NCBI GenBank assembly: GCA_963755915.1
Contig: CAVWLP010000002.1
Span: forward strand, 2,112,001-2,176,000
Reading direction: 5' to 3'
DNA length: 64,000 bases
Origin: an uncultured Phycisphaerales bacterium
GTDB taxonomy: Bacteria > Planctomycetota > Phycisphaerae > Tepidisphaerales > Tepidisphaeraceae
Part shown: piece by piece, positions 1 through 12,409 of the stretch
Layout: each line of letters starts with the position of its first letter
Position numbering within the stretch: position 1 is the first letter of the stretch
The notes under the pieces: generated by a model
What the model was told of the DNA's origin: nothing
Seen by the model: only the letters and a program-made list of their open reading frames with translations
Database searches by the model: none
Translations under genes and position numbers: made by a program

Positions 1-75
1 TCATTGGTGATTGCCGGCCTCGCAGCGGGTCTGGCTAAACGCCGGCGCCCCAGTGACGACCGCCATTCAGAATGA
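1..75 (+). CDS. 3' end of an upstream gene, probably a PEP-CTERM protein (partial)
   Basis: Frame 1 reads SLVIAGLAAGLAKRRRPSDDRHSE*: hydrophobic stretch followed by a basic cluster, typical of a PEP-CTERM tail. Confidence 0.45.
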   Translation, partial: SLVIAGLAAGLAKRRRPSDDRHSE

Positions 76-138
76 CGCAAGCTTCGTCGGATAATTATCT
101 CTTGTAGACATATGGGCGGGGAAAAATAGTGGTGACCC

Positions 139-2027
139 ATGGAACGGTGGCAGACGACTCCGCCGAATCGAACCCCCAAGCTCAGAAATCGGCGACAATG
201 CCCGACATTAGCGATCGCCGTGGTGGCAGGGTTGGCTGCAACTGCGAGGGCCCAGAACTGGCAAATGACCTTCGATGATGAATTCAATGGAAACAATGTA
301 AATACCTCTCTTTGGAGTTACGGCCTGCCATGGGGTAACGATATCGATGCTACCACGGAACAGGAGGCGTACAACTTAAACGATCCCGGTGTGAACAATG
401 CCAATGTGTCGGAATCGGGCGGCTATCTCTATTTGACAGCGACGCAGACGCCCTATCCCGCGCACAACACGGCGAACGATGAAGCGCCGATCACCCAGCC
501 GTACACCTCCGGTTGCATTACCACCGTCAATAAATTCACGCAGACCTATGGCATGTTCGAAATGAGCGCCGAGCTGCCGGCCGGCGCGGGAACGTTTCCG
601 GCATTCTGGCTGTTGAACGAGACCCATGGTCCGCCCGAGCTCGACGTCATGTTGTATCTGGGCCGGACTCCAGACACGGTTTATACGGGCGACGCCTATG
701 ATCCCAACAACACCGCGAATGTCATTGGTGGACAGTATACCGGTTCGAATTTCTCGACGAGTTTCAACCTTTTCTCACTGGTCTGGACGCCGACCACCGT
801 CAGTTGGTACCTGAACAACAATCTCGAATTCTCACTGACGGATTCATCGCAGTACCCGATGGTGTCCCCCGACGAGCCGATGAATATTTTGCTCAACCTG
901 GCCGTCGGAAATACGAATAGCTGGGCCGGCACTCCCAACGCTCAGACTCAGTTTCCTGCCACGATGACCGTCGATTATGTGCGCGCCTACACGGCAGTCG
1001 CGGTGGGCGGTACCGTGAGCTGGAATAATGCCGGCAGCGGCGACGGCGGCGGGGACGGCTCGACGTGGAACACTAATCAATTCAATTGGAACAACGGCGG
1101 CTACACGCCCACCGTCTACAGTGATGGCGATCTCGTCACCTTCAACGATACCAACAACGGAAATTATTCCGTCATCCTCAACAGCACCGTGAGTCCGGGC
1201 GATATCACCGTGAACAACAGCGCGGGGAACTACCTCATCACCGGCTCTGGCAGCATCGCCGGCTCCGGCTCCCTGACCAAAACCGGCACCCGCACATTGA
1301 CGCTCGATACCGTCAACACCTACAGCGGCGGGACGATGGTTAGCGCTGGGGAGTTGATTGCCGGCGTTCTCGGCGCGATTCCCGATGGGACGCTTGCCAT
1401 CACCGGCGGCACGTTGCAGCTTGGAACCAACACCGGCCTCACCCAGGTCACCTCCCTGGCCATCATCAACGCCGGTCTACTGGATGTAGCGAACAATGAA
1501 CTGATTATTACCTACGGCTCCAGCGATCCCATGGTGGCGATCCAGGGATACATTGCCTCGGGTTACAACAATGGGACGTGGAACGGCCCAGGCATCATCT
1601 CTTCCGCCGCGTTCGGTTATAAATACGGCCTGGGATATGCCGACGGCGCTGACGGCGTAGTCTCTGGACTCTCCTCCGGCCAGATCGAAGTGAAGTACAC
1701 ATTGTATGGGGATGCGAATCTGGACGGGGTGGTGAACGGCTCGGACTTCAGCATCCTGGCGGCAAACTTCGGGACGGGGGTGACCAACTGGGACCAGGGG
1801 AACTTCCTATTCACCAGTTCGGTGAACGGCGCTGACTTCAGCGCGATGGCGGGAAACTTCGGACAGGCGCCAGCGGCGCGGACGTTACCTCCTCCGATTT
1901 CGCTGCGCTGTACGCCTTCGCTGCCGCCAACCGCATCAGCCTGGCCAACGTTCCCGAACCAGCATCGATCGGCCTTTTGGCGAGCATTGCCTTTTTCGCT
2001 CGGCGACGGCCCGTGAGAAGCAGGTAA
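139..2027 (+). CDS. Secreted GH16-domain protein with autotransporter-type beta-strand repeat, dockerin-like module and PEP-CTERM tail (frameshift ~1866)
   Basis: W..TFDDEFNG, YTSG, YGMFEMSAELPAGAGTFPAFWL, DYVRAY GH16 motifs; GDANLDG..NG.DFSILAANFG module; adding one G at ~1866 restores ...NVPEPASIGLLASIAFFARRRPVRSR* ending 2027. Confidence 0.85.
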
Positions 2028-2318
2028 GCTAAGAACTGTGTTGCTTGCGCGAAGCCTCGGGGTTTCTCTACAAGTTTTATTATTGGACTTTGAGAGGGGT
2101 ATTGCGCCGACAAAGTCTATGCAGTCTGGTTTGCGCAAAACCTATTAACTATTGCGCGATATCGAATTGTTCCGTTTGCGACATCGTCGTATCGTTTCGC
2201 GACGTAGAGACTCGAGGCCGGCAGTTACAAGGTTTTTACCTGTTCGTTTTGAACCGGAAATCCAATCAACGTTCAGTGGGTGTGGAATACCAATTGTTCT
2301 CTTATTCGGAGGTGTGAG

Positions 2319-3199
2319 ATGGGCAACTCTATTCTGAAGCGCCATGGGTTAATGGCACTCGCGGCAGCCTCGGGGCTGGCCGCGCTTACCACAACTTCGC
2401 GCCGAGCGTCATTTACAGTCAGACATTCAGCGAGGGTACCTATACAGGAGGTGGCACCTCCGACAAGCTTTCTCCGCCGTCAAGCCCGGCCGGGCTCTTG
2501 ACCTACTACACGGGCGGCACCCCCACCAGTTATACGGTCCTCAACGATGCGGATATGGGCAACGCCCTCGATTTCAGTGATGCCGGCCAAAGGATTTACA
2601 GCGGCAGCCTCAGCGCCATCACGCTTGGAAATGCCGTCGGCGACACCCTCTCCTATTCGTTCCAGTTCCGCATTCCTACCGTGTCCGGCTCCGACAATGT
2701 CGGATTCCGGTTCGGGATTTTCAACGATAACGGAACACCGGTAACGGCACCATTCTCCTCCGGCCTGACAGCCGGCAATGATGACTATGGTTACTCAGCC
2801 TATCTCGGCGTCGGAACAAACTATTTGACGGTTTATCATGAAACCAACATCGGCTCCGGCACGCTGGCCAACGACGTCACCAACGATACCCGCCTGGCCA
2901 GCACCGCGACGGCTCCCAACATCAGCGATGGCAACGCGCATACCGCAATGTTCACGCTGACCGAGGAAGCCGCAGGGAAGGTGAACGTCGCATTTTCTGT
3001 TGACGGAACCACGTATTTCAGCGGACTCGACACCAACGCGACGCCCGTAACCAGCTTCAATGACCTCCAATTCTGGGAGCATGACAATCTGGATCTCCGC
3101 ATAAACGATATCCAGATTTCGACGACCGTGCCGGAGCCAGTTACTTTGGGCGCCATGTCTTTAGGAGTAGCCGGATTGCTCGTCAGACGCAGACGATAG
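2319..3199 (+). CDS. PEP-CTERM secreted protein (frameshift ~2400)
   Basis: GGAGG RBS before ATG 2319, signal peptide MGNSILKRHGLMALAAASGLAAL; C-terminal VPEPVTLGAMSLGVAGLLVRRRR. Confidence 0.8.
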
Positions 3200-3213
3200 G
3201 ACCGGAAGTATCA

Positions 3214-4285
3214 ATGGCTGGCAAATATTCTCCGATCAACGTCGGAATTTTAGGTTTAGGACGCAGCGGCTGGGGAATCCATGTAGATGCGATCACCCAC
3301 CTGCCCGAGATGTTTAAACTCGTTGCGGTCACGGATCAATTGCCCGGTCGTGCCAGTGAGTCCGCGGCGTCCACCAGGGCGCAACTTCATCAATCTTTTG
3401 AACAACTTCTCGCGGATCGCGAAGTAGAGTTGGTGGTCGTTGCGACTTACAACTCATTTCACGCCCGGCACGCGGCCGCTGCATTGAGGGCCGAAAAGCA
3501 TGTGCTTTGCGAAAAGCCTTTCGGGCTTACAACTGCCGATGTGGACATGATGATTTCCACGTCGCGCGCAGCCGGAAAAGTTCTCCAGCCATTCCACCAG
3601 CGCAGATTCGAAGCAGATTTCCAGAAAGTATATGAAGTGGTCAAAAGCGGGATTCTTGGCCAGATTCTGTTCATCCGGATCTGCTGGCATGGGTTCAAAC
3701 GTCGGTGGGATTGGCAAACCGATAAGAGCATGGGCGGGGGAACGATGAATAATAACGGGTCGCATCCCATCGACCACGCCCTCGAACTTTACGGAGAGGG
3801 CGAGCCGAGCATCTGGTCCCAAATGCGCCGGTGCCTTTGCTCCGGTGATGCTGAAGACCACATGAAGATTATTCTCACCGGAGACAAAAAGCCCACCGTT
3901 GAAGTCGAGCTTACCGATGTCTTTGCCTATCCCCAGGACCGTTGGTTTGTCTGCGGTACGGCGGGTGGATTGCGAGGTACCGCTAATGCACTGGAATGGA
4001 AATGGGTGGACTGGTCGCAAATGCCGCCTCGCCCGCTCGAACTTCAGTCCACGCCCGACCGCGGTTACAACAGCGAGTCGCTAAAGTGGCAGAGCGCCTC
4101 ATGGCAACCAGCCGGCAGCGCAGACGCCGCGCCGGGGCGGCACCGCGCGACAGCCGGTCATCGATCTGTACACGAGTCTTTTCCAAACGATTCGTCTCGG
4201 AGAGCCCCAGAAAATTACCCCAGAGAGCGCTCGACGTCGCGTTGCGGTGATGGAAAAGGCTCGACAATGCGGCGGATTCTATTGA
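3214..4285 (+). CDS. Gfo/Idh/MocA family oxidoreductase (frameshift ~4135)
   Basis: VGILGLGRSG Rossmann motif, HVLCEKP, GGG..NNGSH.ID; alternative frame supplies the C-terminus ...ITPESARRRVAVMEKARQCGGFY* at 4285. Confidence 0.85.
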
Positions 4286-4344
4286 CACATCGGTATCTCC
4301 AGAGAGACCTTTATTCGTAATTTCACCTCAAACAAGACTCCATC

Positions 4345-5350
4345 ATGCATAGACTACCGGACATTTTCGTTGCCATTCGTCCCGGTCTTTATTCGAGGCT
4401 CTTTTCTGCGCGGAGCGATGCAATTTTACGTGGCGCCGCAAGAGTTCACGCCCACGATGCCGAAACTGATCTGACCCGCGAGCAACTCTTTTCACAGTTG
4501 CCAAACTTCGACGCTGTCATCACCGGTTGGGGCACGCCTTCCTTCGACGATTCCGCCATCTTGGCGGCTGAAAGGTTGAAATTGATTGCCCACTCCGCCG
4601 GCACAATCAAACATCTGATTCCAAAAGCCGTTTGGGAACGAGGTATTGCCGTTACGCATGCCGCAAGCGCAATGGCCTCCGCCGTTGCCGAAGCTTCGCT
4701 TCTGATGACCATGCTGATGCTCCGGCCATTCCACCAGTTTGATGCCGCCTTGCGCCGGCGGAAATTGGGACCCGCTCAGGGCAGTTCCCGGTCAGGAACT
4801 TGCCACTACAAGGATCGGCGTGATCGGCGCCGGATATACCGGACGCCGCTTCATTAATCTGTTGAAAGCTCTCGAAGCCGAGGTGTGGGTTTATGATCCA
4901 TATCTGACCGAGCCCGTTGCCTCTGAAATGGGCGTTCGCAAGGTAAGCCTGCCAGATTTAATGCGTGATTGCCCCGTGGTATCCATCCAAGCGCCCTCGA
5001 CGAAGGAAACCTATCACATGATCGGGCGGCAGCAACTGGCGCTGCTCCAGGACGGCGCGATTCTCGTCAATACCGCCCGCTCCGCGTTGGTGGATGAGTC
5101 CGCGCTTTTGGTCGAACTCCAATCGGGACGAATTCACGCGGCGCTCGATGTCTTCGACAAGGAGCCCCTCCCGCCGGACAGTCCGTTTCGCAAATTGCCC
5201 AACGTACTCCTGACGCCTCACATTGCGGGAATCACGCCCCAGGCGTCGCTGCGCCAGGGGCAGACGATCGCCGAGGAAGTCCGCAGATTTTTCGCCGGCG
5301 AGCCGCTGAAATATGCAGTCACCGCTCCCATGATCGAAACCATGGCCTAG
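4345..5350 (+). CDS. D-isomer-specific 2-hydroxyacid dehydrogenase (frameshift ~4760)
   Basis: ITGWG, AHSAG, AVAE in the 5' ORF; IGVIGAGYTG, VNTAR, AALDVF..EP, LTPHIAG in the 3' ORF. Confidence 0.85.
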
Positions 5351-5362
5351 AAGATTACGACG

Positions 5363-6760
5363 ATGCGCGACTCAGACATCCGAGTCATCGAAATCCACCC
5401 GCTTTTCAGCATCGAGCGCACGCGCGAGCCGTACAAATTTGGTAATGTCGTGCAGGATCAAGTGACCCTATGCCATGTCAAGGCCCGTACCGAAACCCGC
5501 GGCGGCAAAATTTCCATCGGATGGGGCGCCATCTCGCTCAGCCACTTCTGGGCGTTTCAATCCAATACGCTGTCCATCGAGCAGAAGGATCACGCCATGC
5601 GGGCGCTCGTTTCGGGATTCTGCCAGGTGTTGGCGTCGAATCGCGAGTTTGGCCATCCGATCGATCTCTTTCTCGCCGCCAAAAAAGAGCTGTCACGCCT
5701 CTGCCGCGAAATTTCCGAGGCCGGCTCACTTACAGACGAAATTCCAATGCTCGCCGCTTTGGTCTGTGCGTCACCCGCTGACGCCGCCTTGCACGACGCC
5801 TTCGGAATCGCTAGCGGAATCAGTAGCTACGATGGGTACTCATCCGACTTCATGACGCACGACCTCAGCCGCTATCTTGGCAAGCACTTCCGAGGGATCT
5901 ATTTGTCGGAATTCATCCAACCCGCTCAGGGAGTAACGGTTCCGATTTTCCATTCCATCGGCGGCCTCGACAAACTGACGGAATCCGAGGTAAGCCACAA
6001 TGCTCCAAAAGACGGCCTGCCGAATTCGCTCGAACAGTGGATCCAGCACGACCAGTTGTTCTGCCTGAAATTGAAGCTCCGCGGTGTCGATCTGAAATGG
6101 GACTTGGACCGCTGCCTCGCCGTTTGGAAAATAGTTGAATCGGCGATTTCCCGCCGCCGGCAAAAGACAATGCACCTCTCGATCGATCCGAACGAGCAAT
6201 GTCGCGATCCCCAGTACGTGATCGAATTGCTTCAGCGGCTACGGGAATGCTCCCCCGCTGCCTTTGATGCCGTCCTCTTCGTTGAGCAGCCAACGGACAG
6301 AGACCTGCGACGCAAGTCTTACGACATGCGACCATTGGCCGCGCTGAAGCCGGTGATGATCGATGAAAGTTTGAACAGCCTCGAAGATGTCGAGGTTGCC
6401 AAAGAATCAGGCTGGTCGGGGGTGGCAATTAAGACGTGCAAATGCCACACGATGGCGCTTCTAACAGTCGCAAAAGCTGTGGGGCTCGGTCTGCCATACT
6501 GCGTTCAGGATTTGAGCAACATCGGTTTGGCGCTGCTGCACTCGATCGGCATGACAGCCCGCCTCAACCCCATCATGGGCGTCGAAGCCAATGGCCGGCA
6601 ATTTTTCCCCTTCAGTTCCCGGCCGGAACAGGCCGTACATCCCGATATTTTTCGGGTCCGCGGCGGTGTCGCCCAGACGGATTCACTGCGCGGAACAGGC
6701 CTCGGGTATCAGATCAATAGAATCGACCGCCCGATATTTCACGAGGAAACACTCCGATGA
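5363..6760 (+). CDS. Enolase-superfamily (mandelate racemase/muconate lactonizing-like) protein
   Basis: KLKLRG, IDPNE, VEQP, IDES metal-ligand pattern, AIKTCK. Confidence 0.7.
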   Translation: MRDSDIRVIEIHPLFSIERTREPYKFGNVVQDQVTLCHVKARTETRGGKISIGWGAISLSHFWAFQSNTLSIEQKDHAMRALVSGFCQVLASNREFGHPIDLFLAAKKELSRLCREISEAGSLTDEIPMLAALVCASPADAALHDAFGIASGISSYDGYSSDFMTHDLSRYLGKHFRGIYLSEFIQPAQGVTVPIFHSIGGLDKLTESEVSHNAPKDGLPNSLEQWIQHDQLFCLKLKLRGVDLKWDLDRCLAVWKIVESAISRRRQKTMHLSIDPNEQCRDPQYVIELLQRLRECSPAAFDAVLFVEQPTDRDLRRKSYDMRPLAALKPVMIDESLNSLEDVEVAKESGWSGVAIKTCKCHTMALLTVAKAVGLGLPYCVQDLSNIGLALLHSIGMTARLNPIMGVEANGRQFFPFSSRPEQAVHPDIFRVRGGVAQTDSLRGTGLGYQINRIDRPIFHEETLR

Positions 6761-7596
6761 AATGGATGATGTTTTCCAAACATCTTCAGGGCCTGCCCCT
6801 GGCGGAAGCGGCGCGGAACATGCGCGATCTCGGATTCGAGGGAATGGATCTCACCGTCCGTCCCGGCGGTTTCGTCGATCCCGCTCGGGTCAAAACCGAA
6901 CTGCACACGGCCGTTCACACTGTGGCAGATCAGGGACTCTCCGTCCCCCTGATTACGACCTCCATTACCTCAATTTACGATCCTTTTGCCCAATCCACGT
7001 TTATCGCGGCGGCGGAAGAAAAAATCGGCGAGATCAAACTCGGTTATGTCCACAACGGCCCCTTCGGAACGCTGGCGGAAATGGTGGACAAGATGAATGG
7101 ATGGCTCGATGGCCTCGAAAAACTTGCCGTCCGCACGGGCGTCCGCGCTAATCTTCACGTCCACAGCGGCACTCATACCACGGCGCTGCCGGCGCTGATC
7201 TGGTACTGGCTCAAGGATCGCAATCCCGCCGCCATCGGCGCTTATGTGGATCCCGCTCACATGGCCGTCGAAGGGGGCGACTGTGGTTGGAAAATGGGGC
7301 TCGATCTTTTGGCGGGCCGTATTTCCCTCGTCGCAGCAAAGGATTTCAAATGGGTTAAACTGAATGCCGCCGCCCCCGGCAATGCCGTCTATACTCCCGA
7401 GATCGCCCCACTAGGAGAAGGTATCACCCCTTGGCCGCATGTCTTCGCCTGCTTGCGCGTTGCCAAATTCGATGGCTGGATTTCCGTTCATAGCGAATAC
7501 GAGCACATGCCGGCTGCCCAGTTGCTGCGGCAGACACGGCTCGATTTGGATTTTCTCCAGTGTGCGCTGGAAGCGTCAAAATCAATCGCGCCCTAG
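6757..7596 (+). CDS. Sugar phosphate isomerase/epimerase (xylose-isomerase-like TIM barrel)
   Basis: GFEGMDLTVRPGG, YVDPAH, KDF, PLGEG, SVHSEY; ATGA overlap with the upstream gene. Confidence 0.8.
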   Translation: MKWMMFSKHLQGLPLAEAARNMRDLGFEGMDLTVRPGGFVDPARVKTELHTAVHTVADQGLSVPLITTSITSIYDPFAQSTFIAAAEEKIGEIKLGYVHNGPFGTLAEMVDKMNGWLDGLEKLAVRTGVRANLHVHSGTHTTALPALIWYWLKDRNPAAIGAYVDPAHMAVEGGDCGWKMGLDLLAGRISLVAAKDFKWVKLNAAAPGNAVYTPEIAPLGEGITPWPHVFACLRVAKFDGWISVHSEYEHMPAAQLLRQTRLDLDFLQCALEASKSIAP

Positions 7597-7620
7597 GAGT
7601 TCAAACCGCCAGGAGAATCG

Positions 7621-8704
7621 TTGCAAAAAGCTTCCGCCGATTTTCGAGCTATCCTGCAACCGTACGTCGATCGCGGCCTACTTGCCGGCGCCGTTATCGC
7701 CGTCGCCGACGCCCAGCGGCTGCTCCATATCGACGCCCTCGGCTTCGCCGACATCGCCCAGCACCGACCCATGACTCCCGACGCCTTGTTCTGGGTCGCA
7801 TCCCAGACCAAGCCCGTGACCGCAACGGCAATAATGATGCTCGTCGATGATGGCAAGCTGATGCTGGACGATCCCGTTGAGAAATATCTGCCCCAGTTCA
7901 AAGACCTTTGGTTGGCCGCGGAGAAAGACGAGAATCATGTACTGCTGAAGCGGCCGCACCCGCCGATCACGTTCCGGAATCTGCTGAGTAATACGTCCGG
8001 AATGCCGTTTCAGTCCGCGATCGAAACACCGACGCTCGACGGTTTGCCATTGTCAGTCGCCGCCGCCAGTTATGCCATTACGCCGCTTGAGTCACAGCCC
8101 GGCACGAAATACTTCTATTCGAATATGGGCTTTAACACCGCGGCGCGCGCTCGAAGTGATCACCGGCCAGACCTATGCCGATTTTCTGCAAGAGCGCGTA
8201 TTCGATCCCCTTGGTATGCGCGATACAACCTTCTGGCCCAGTTCCGAGCAGCTTTTCCGACTCGCCACTTCGTATAAGCCCGATCCGGCCACAAACGAAC
8301 TGCGGATGACACGTACAACCCAGCTTCGCTATCCCCTCGACGATCGTTCCCGTTACCCGATGCCGGCCGGAGGTTTATTTTCCACCGCGGCCGACATGGT
8401 TCAATTCTGCCGCATCTTCATCAACGGCGGACGGGTTGATGGCCGGCAATATATTTCCCAAACATCCATTGCCGAAATGACACGTAAACAAACGGGCGAT
8501 GCGGTCAGCGAAAATTATGGCCTGGGTTGGCGCATTGATGATCAAGGCTTCGGCCACGGCGGTGCATATTCCACGAACATGACAATCGTCCCCTCCCAGA
8601 AACTCATTACCACGTTTCTCGTCCAGCACGCAGGCTTCGCAGCCGACGGCGCTCAAAGCGCCACCGATTTTCACAGCGCGGCGCGACAACGATTTCGTGG
8701 GTAG
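7621..8704 (+). CDS. Serine hydrolase, beta-lactamase/esterase family (frameshift ~8148)
   Basis: SxxK motif (ASQTK), LDDPVEKYLP, PG..Y.YSN, PLGM.DT, GGLFST, FGHGG. Confidence 0.85.
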
Positions 8705-8748
8705 TGAAGCGGGTGAGGGACCTGAAAAGGAAAGGCCGGTTTTTCGGA

Positions 8749-11033
8749 ATGACCAAGCTATTTGTGATTGTGTTGGCGTTGCTCTGTTCAATCGTTCCAT
8801 CGCGGGCAGACGATGTCACTCCCTCACGCGCCGCCCTGCACGAAGGAACCTTTCAAGTCCAGCCCAGTTTGCGTGGAGTACATCCGCGGCTCTATTTCAC
8901 TCCCGCGGAAGTCCGCGCCGCGATCGATCACTACGCCAGGGATCCCGAATTCTTTAAGGCCTACCTGCCTGACAGCAACGACATTAACGCCGAGCTGGCC
9001 GACTTTACGGTCGGCGAACAGGGCGCTGCTGATTCCAAGCACATTCTGCGACTGGCCGCCGGCTATGTACTTACCTCTAATCCCGCCTACCTGCAATCGC
9101 TCCAGCGGTGGATCCCGATGTTGAAGCAGTATAAGCCGATGACCTTCAAGGTAACCGAAATTAACAATAACAATCTGGTCGCGGGTGAATTGCTCTACGG
9201 CCTGTCCACGACTTACGATCTTTTGAAGGGCAGCTCAGCCGACCCGCGGCTGACGGCGGAAGTACGCAACGCGCTGATCATCCAGGCGGCGCAACCTATG
9301 CCGACACCATGGCGCTTCCCGCGTTACCCTACGAACAGAACCATTTCACAATTCCAGTCAGCGGGCTGGCTGACGCCGCCTGCGTCCTCGCCGACGAGCT
9401 TCCCGAAGCCCAGCTTTGGGGGGTCTATAGCCGAAATATTCTCATACGCAGCTTGAGCATCCTCGCGCCCGATGGCTGGTATTACGAAGGCTTCGGCTAC
9501 TGGGAATATGCCATGCATTACATCGTGTCGGGCGCCGCGGCGCTGCAAACGACAACGGGCGAAGATTTCTTTTCCAAACCGCCACTTTGCAACTCGCCGC
9601 TGTTTTTGGCCCATATGTATCTGCCTGTCCCAACCTTCGCATTCGACTTCTGTGATTTCGGTCCGCGTGTCGAACGCGACGGCATCCACGCGCAAAAAGG
9701 GTACTACTTGCCCTGGCACACGCTGCATGTTTATCTGCCATTCGGCACCGCGTCCTTGATGCAGCGCATGCGGCCCACTCCGCTGCTGCAAAGCGTGATT
9801 GACGCGCACGCTCTGCCATCGTCCATCCCTTCGACAACTGATTTCTTCAATATGTTCTGGCAGATGCCGGCGCCCCAGGAAGGCACAACCATGACCAGCG
9901 CCGCATGCGGCCCCCCTTACCACTATTTTACCGACATGGAGGTGGTTCATTGGCGCTCGAATTGGGAGGATCCGAATGCCACCGCGCTGGCGTTTAAGTC
10001 GGGCCCGCCGGAGGGACACAACGCGGCCCAAATGGTGGCGCGGTTCCCCGAGTGGAAAATGGCCGCCGGGCATGCCCACCCCGATGCCGGAAGCTTCGAG
10101 ATCTTTTCCAAAGGCGTTTTCCTCGCCAACGCCGGCGACGCCTATGTCGGAAAAAAAGACAGCGCCAACACCGATACCATCCTCGTCGACGGCACCGGTC
10201 AGGCCCGGACCGGCACCGCATGGGCCACCTTCGACGATCGCCCCTATCAAGTCTACGACCAGATCCACATGGCCAACGTCTGGCTCGGGCCCACTATCGC
10301 CGCTTCCACTGCGGTATTCGCCACCGCCTATCCGGACGCGCTCCAGGTCACCAAAATGCAGCGGCAACTGGTCATGGTCGACGGGCGGTTTCTCATCGTC
10401 CGCGATTCCATCGACTCCAACCTCCCCCACCAATACCAGTGGCGCTTGCACGGCGATCGCCTGGCCACCAATCCCGGCCCCAACCGCTTCGTCATGGAAA
10501 ATGGCCCCGGCCGGCTCGTCGTGCAACATCTTCTTCCCACCGATGGTTTTAAACTTGGGCCAACCATCGTCGACACAGAGATCAACGCCGGCAACCGCCC
10601 CCGACTCCTGCAACGCGGCTTTCATATCGAGGTCTCATCTCCACCCGGCCAGAGACAGTTTCAGTTTCTCGCCGCCATGGAGATTCAGTCTTCCAAGGAT
10701 GCCGCCTCGGACTTCCTCGCCAAACAGACGCAGTCTGGTTCCGTTAGGTTGTCCGACAGAGCCGGCTCCTGCCAAATCTGGACCTCGGGAGATGCCGGCC
10801 TGGATGGATCCTACGCCTATGTACTGCGCGACAGCGTGGGCAAAATCATTTCCGCCGGCCTGTGCGGACGCTCTCTGGTGAGCGACGATCTGTCTCTTCA
10901 ACTCACATCGCCGGGCCAGGCATGCATTCGCCCGGCAGCCGCGGACTCCTGGCAACTCGACGGTTCCTCAAGTGCGACGAACGAACTGAGAATCTCCGGA
11001 AAGTCCGCAACCGACCAGACGCTGAAATGGTAA
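8749..11033 (+). CDS. Secreted heparinase II/III-like (DUF4962-type) polysaccharide lyase (frameshift ~9290)
   Basis: Signal peptide, HPRLYFT, DGWYYEG.GYW.Y, GHAHPDAGSF, IVRD; split across ORFs 8704-9456 and 9309-11033. Confidence 0.7.
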
Positions 11034-12014
11034 AGCAATCGAAAGCCATATTGTCGTGCGGGCGCGGATTCGACCTCCTGGGCCAGGGCGAGTTTCGCTA
11101 TCGTGTCGTTCCCGGCTGGGGCGTACTCGGCGACGACACGCCGGTCGGTAACTGCCACGGCATCGTGACCGATCGCGAAGGCCACGTTATTCTCCTCACC
11201 GACCAGACCCGAAACAACGTGATCGTCTACGACAAAGCCGGGAAGCTCGTCCATAAATGGGGAACCGCATTCCCCGGCGCAGCACGGGCTGTCGATCGTC
11301 CCGGAAGAAGATCAGCAGGTCCTCTTCATCACCGACGTGAAAACGCACAAGGTCTACAAAACTTCCCTCGATGGGAAGATTCTGAACGAGTGGGGCTGGC
11401 CGAAGGAGACCGGCAAATATGACAAAGAAGATGATTACTGCCCGTCCTGGACATTGCACTTCCCCGACGGCGGCTTCTTCGTTTTGGACGGCTACGGCCG
11501 CGACTACATCACCCGCTTCGACGCCGCAGGCAAATTCGTGAAGATCTTCGGCGGGAGCGAGGGCGGCATTCACCATTGGGGCCCGCATGGTGGTACGGCC
11601 GATCTGAGCGACCCTGCCGTCCCGACCCTCCTGATCGCCATGAGCGACCAGCAGTACCTGCTGCGCCTTTCCCTCGACGGTGAAAAGCTGAAACAGATCG
11701 ACCTGCCCGGCGGAAACCCCCGGCAAATCCGCCTGCACAACGGCCATTACTTCGTTGCCCACCTCGGCGACGACTGGCCCAACGATACAAATTGTCGCGG
11801 CTTCGTCTCCGTCCTGGACCAGAATTTCCGCGTGCTCTCCAACATTGGCGGGACCCCGCCCATCTACAACGTCGCCGGCCAACTCCAGCCGATGCAGCAC
11901 CAGGAAAACGTCTTCCGCCACCCGCACGACGTGATCATCGATGATGAGGAGAGTCTTTACGTGGCTCAGTTCGCGTCGAACAACACGTACCCGATCAAGC
12001 TGGAGCGTGTGTGA
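11027..12014 (+). CDS. NHL-repeat / six-bladed beta-propeller protein (frameshift ~11280)
   Basis: NCHGIV.D, DGYG..YI, PHG, F.HPHDV..D....LYVAQF repeats. Confidence 0.7.
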
Positions 12015-12097
12015 TTCGGCAGTGAAACGACGACGGACGCGCCTCGGAATTTGCGGCCTGAATCGTTTTAACAGACCTCACTATAAGGAGAGTACAC

Positions 12098-12409
12098 GTG
12101 GCACGCATTACGTACGTCACACCGACCGGAAAAGTCGTCGTCGTTGAGCAATCGGACGGTACCCTGATGACAGCGGCGGTGCGGAACCAGGTCGAGGGAA
12201 TCGACGGCGAATGTGGCGGGGTGTGCTCCTGCGCCACGTGCCATGTCCACATCGACCCCGAATGGGTCGATCGAGTGGGCCCTCCCGGCAACGAGGAGGC
12301 CGCGATGTTGGAATTCGATGACAATGTGACTACCGCCAGCCGATTGGGTTGCCAGGTTCCCATCCGGCCGGAATTGGATGGGCTCAAGGTGAAGGTGGTA
12401 CCACGTTGA
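12098..12409 (+). CDS. 2Fe-2S ferredoxin (putidaredoxin/adrenodoxin type)
   Basis: CGGVCSCATCH and SRLGCQ motifs; AAGGAG RBS. Confidence 0.92.
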   Translation: MARITYVTPTGKVVVVEQSDGTLMTAAVRNQVEGIDGECGGVCSCATCHVHIDPEWVDRVGPPGNEEAAMLEFDDNVTTASRLGCQVPIRPELDGLKVKVVPR

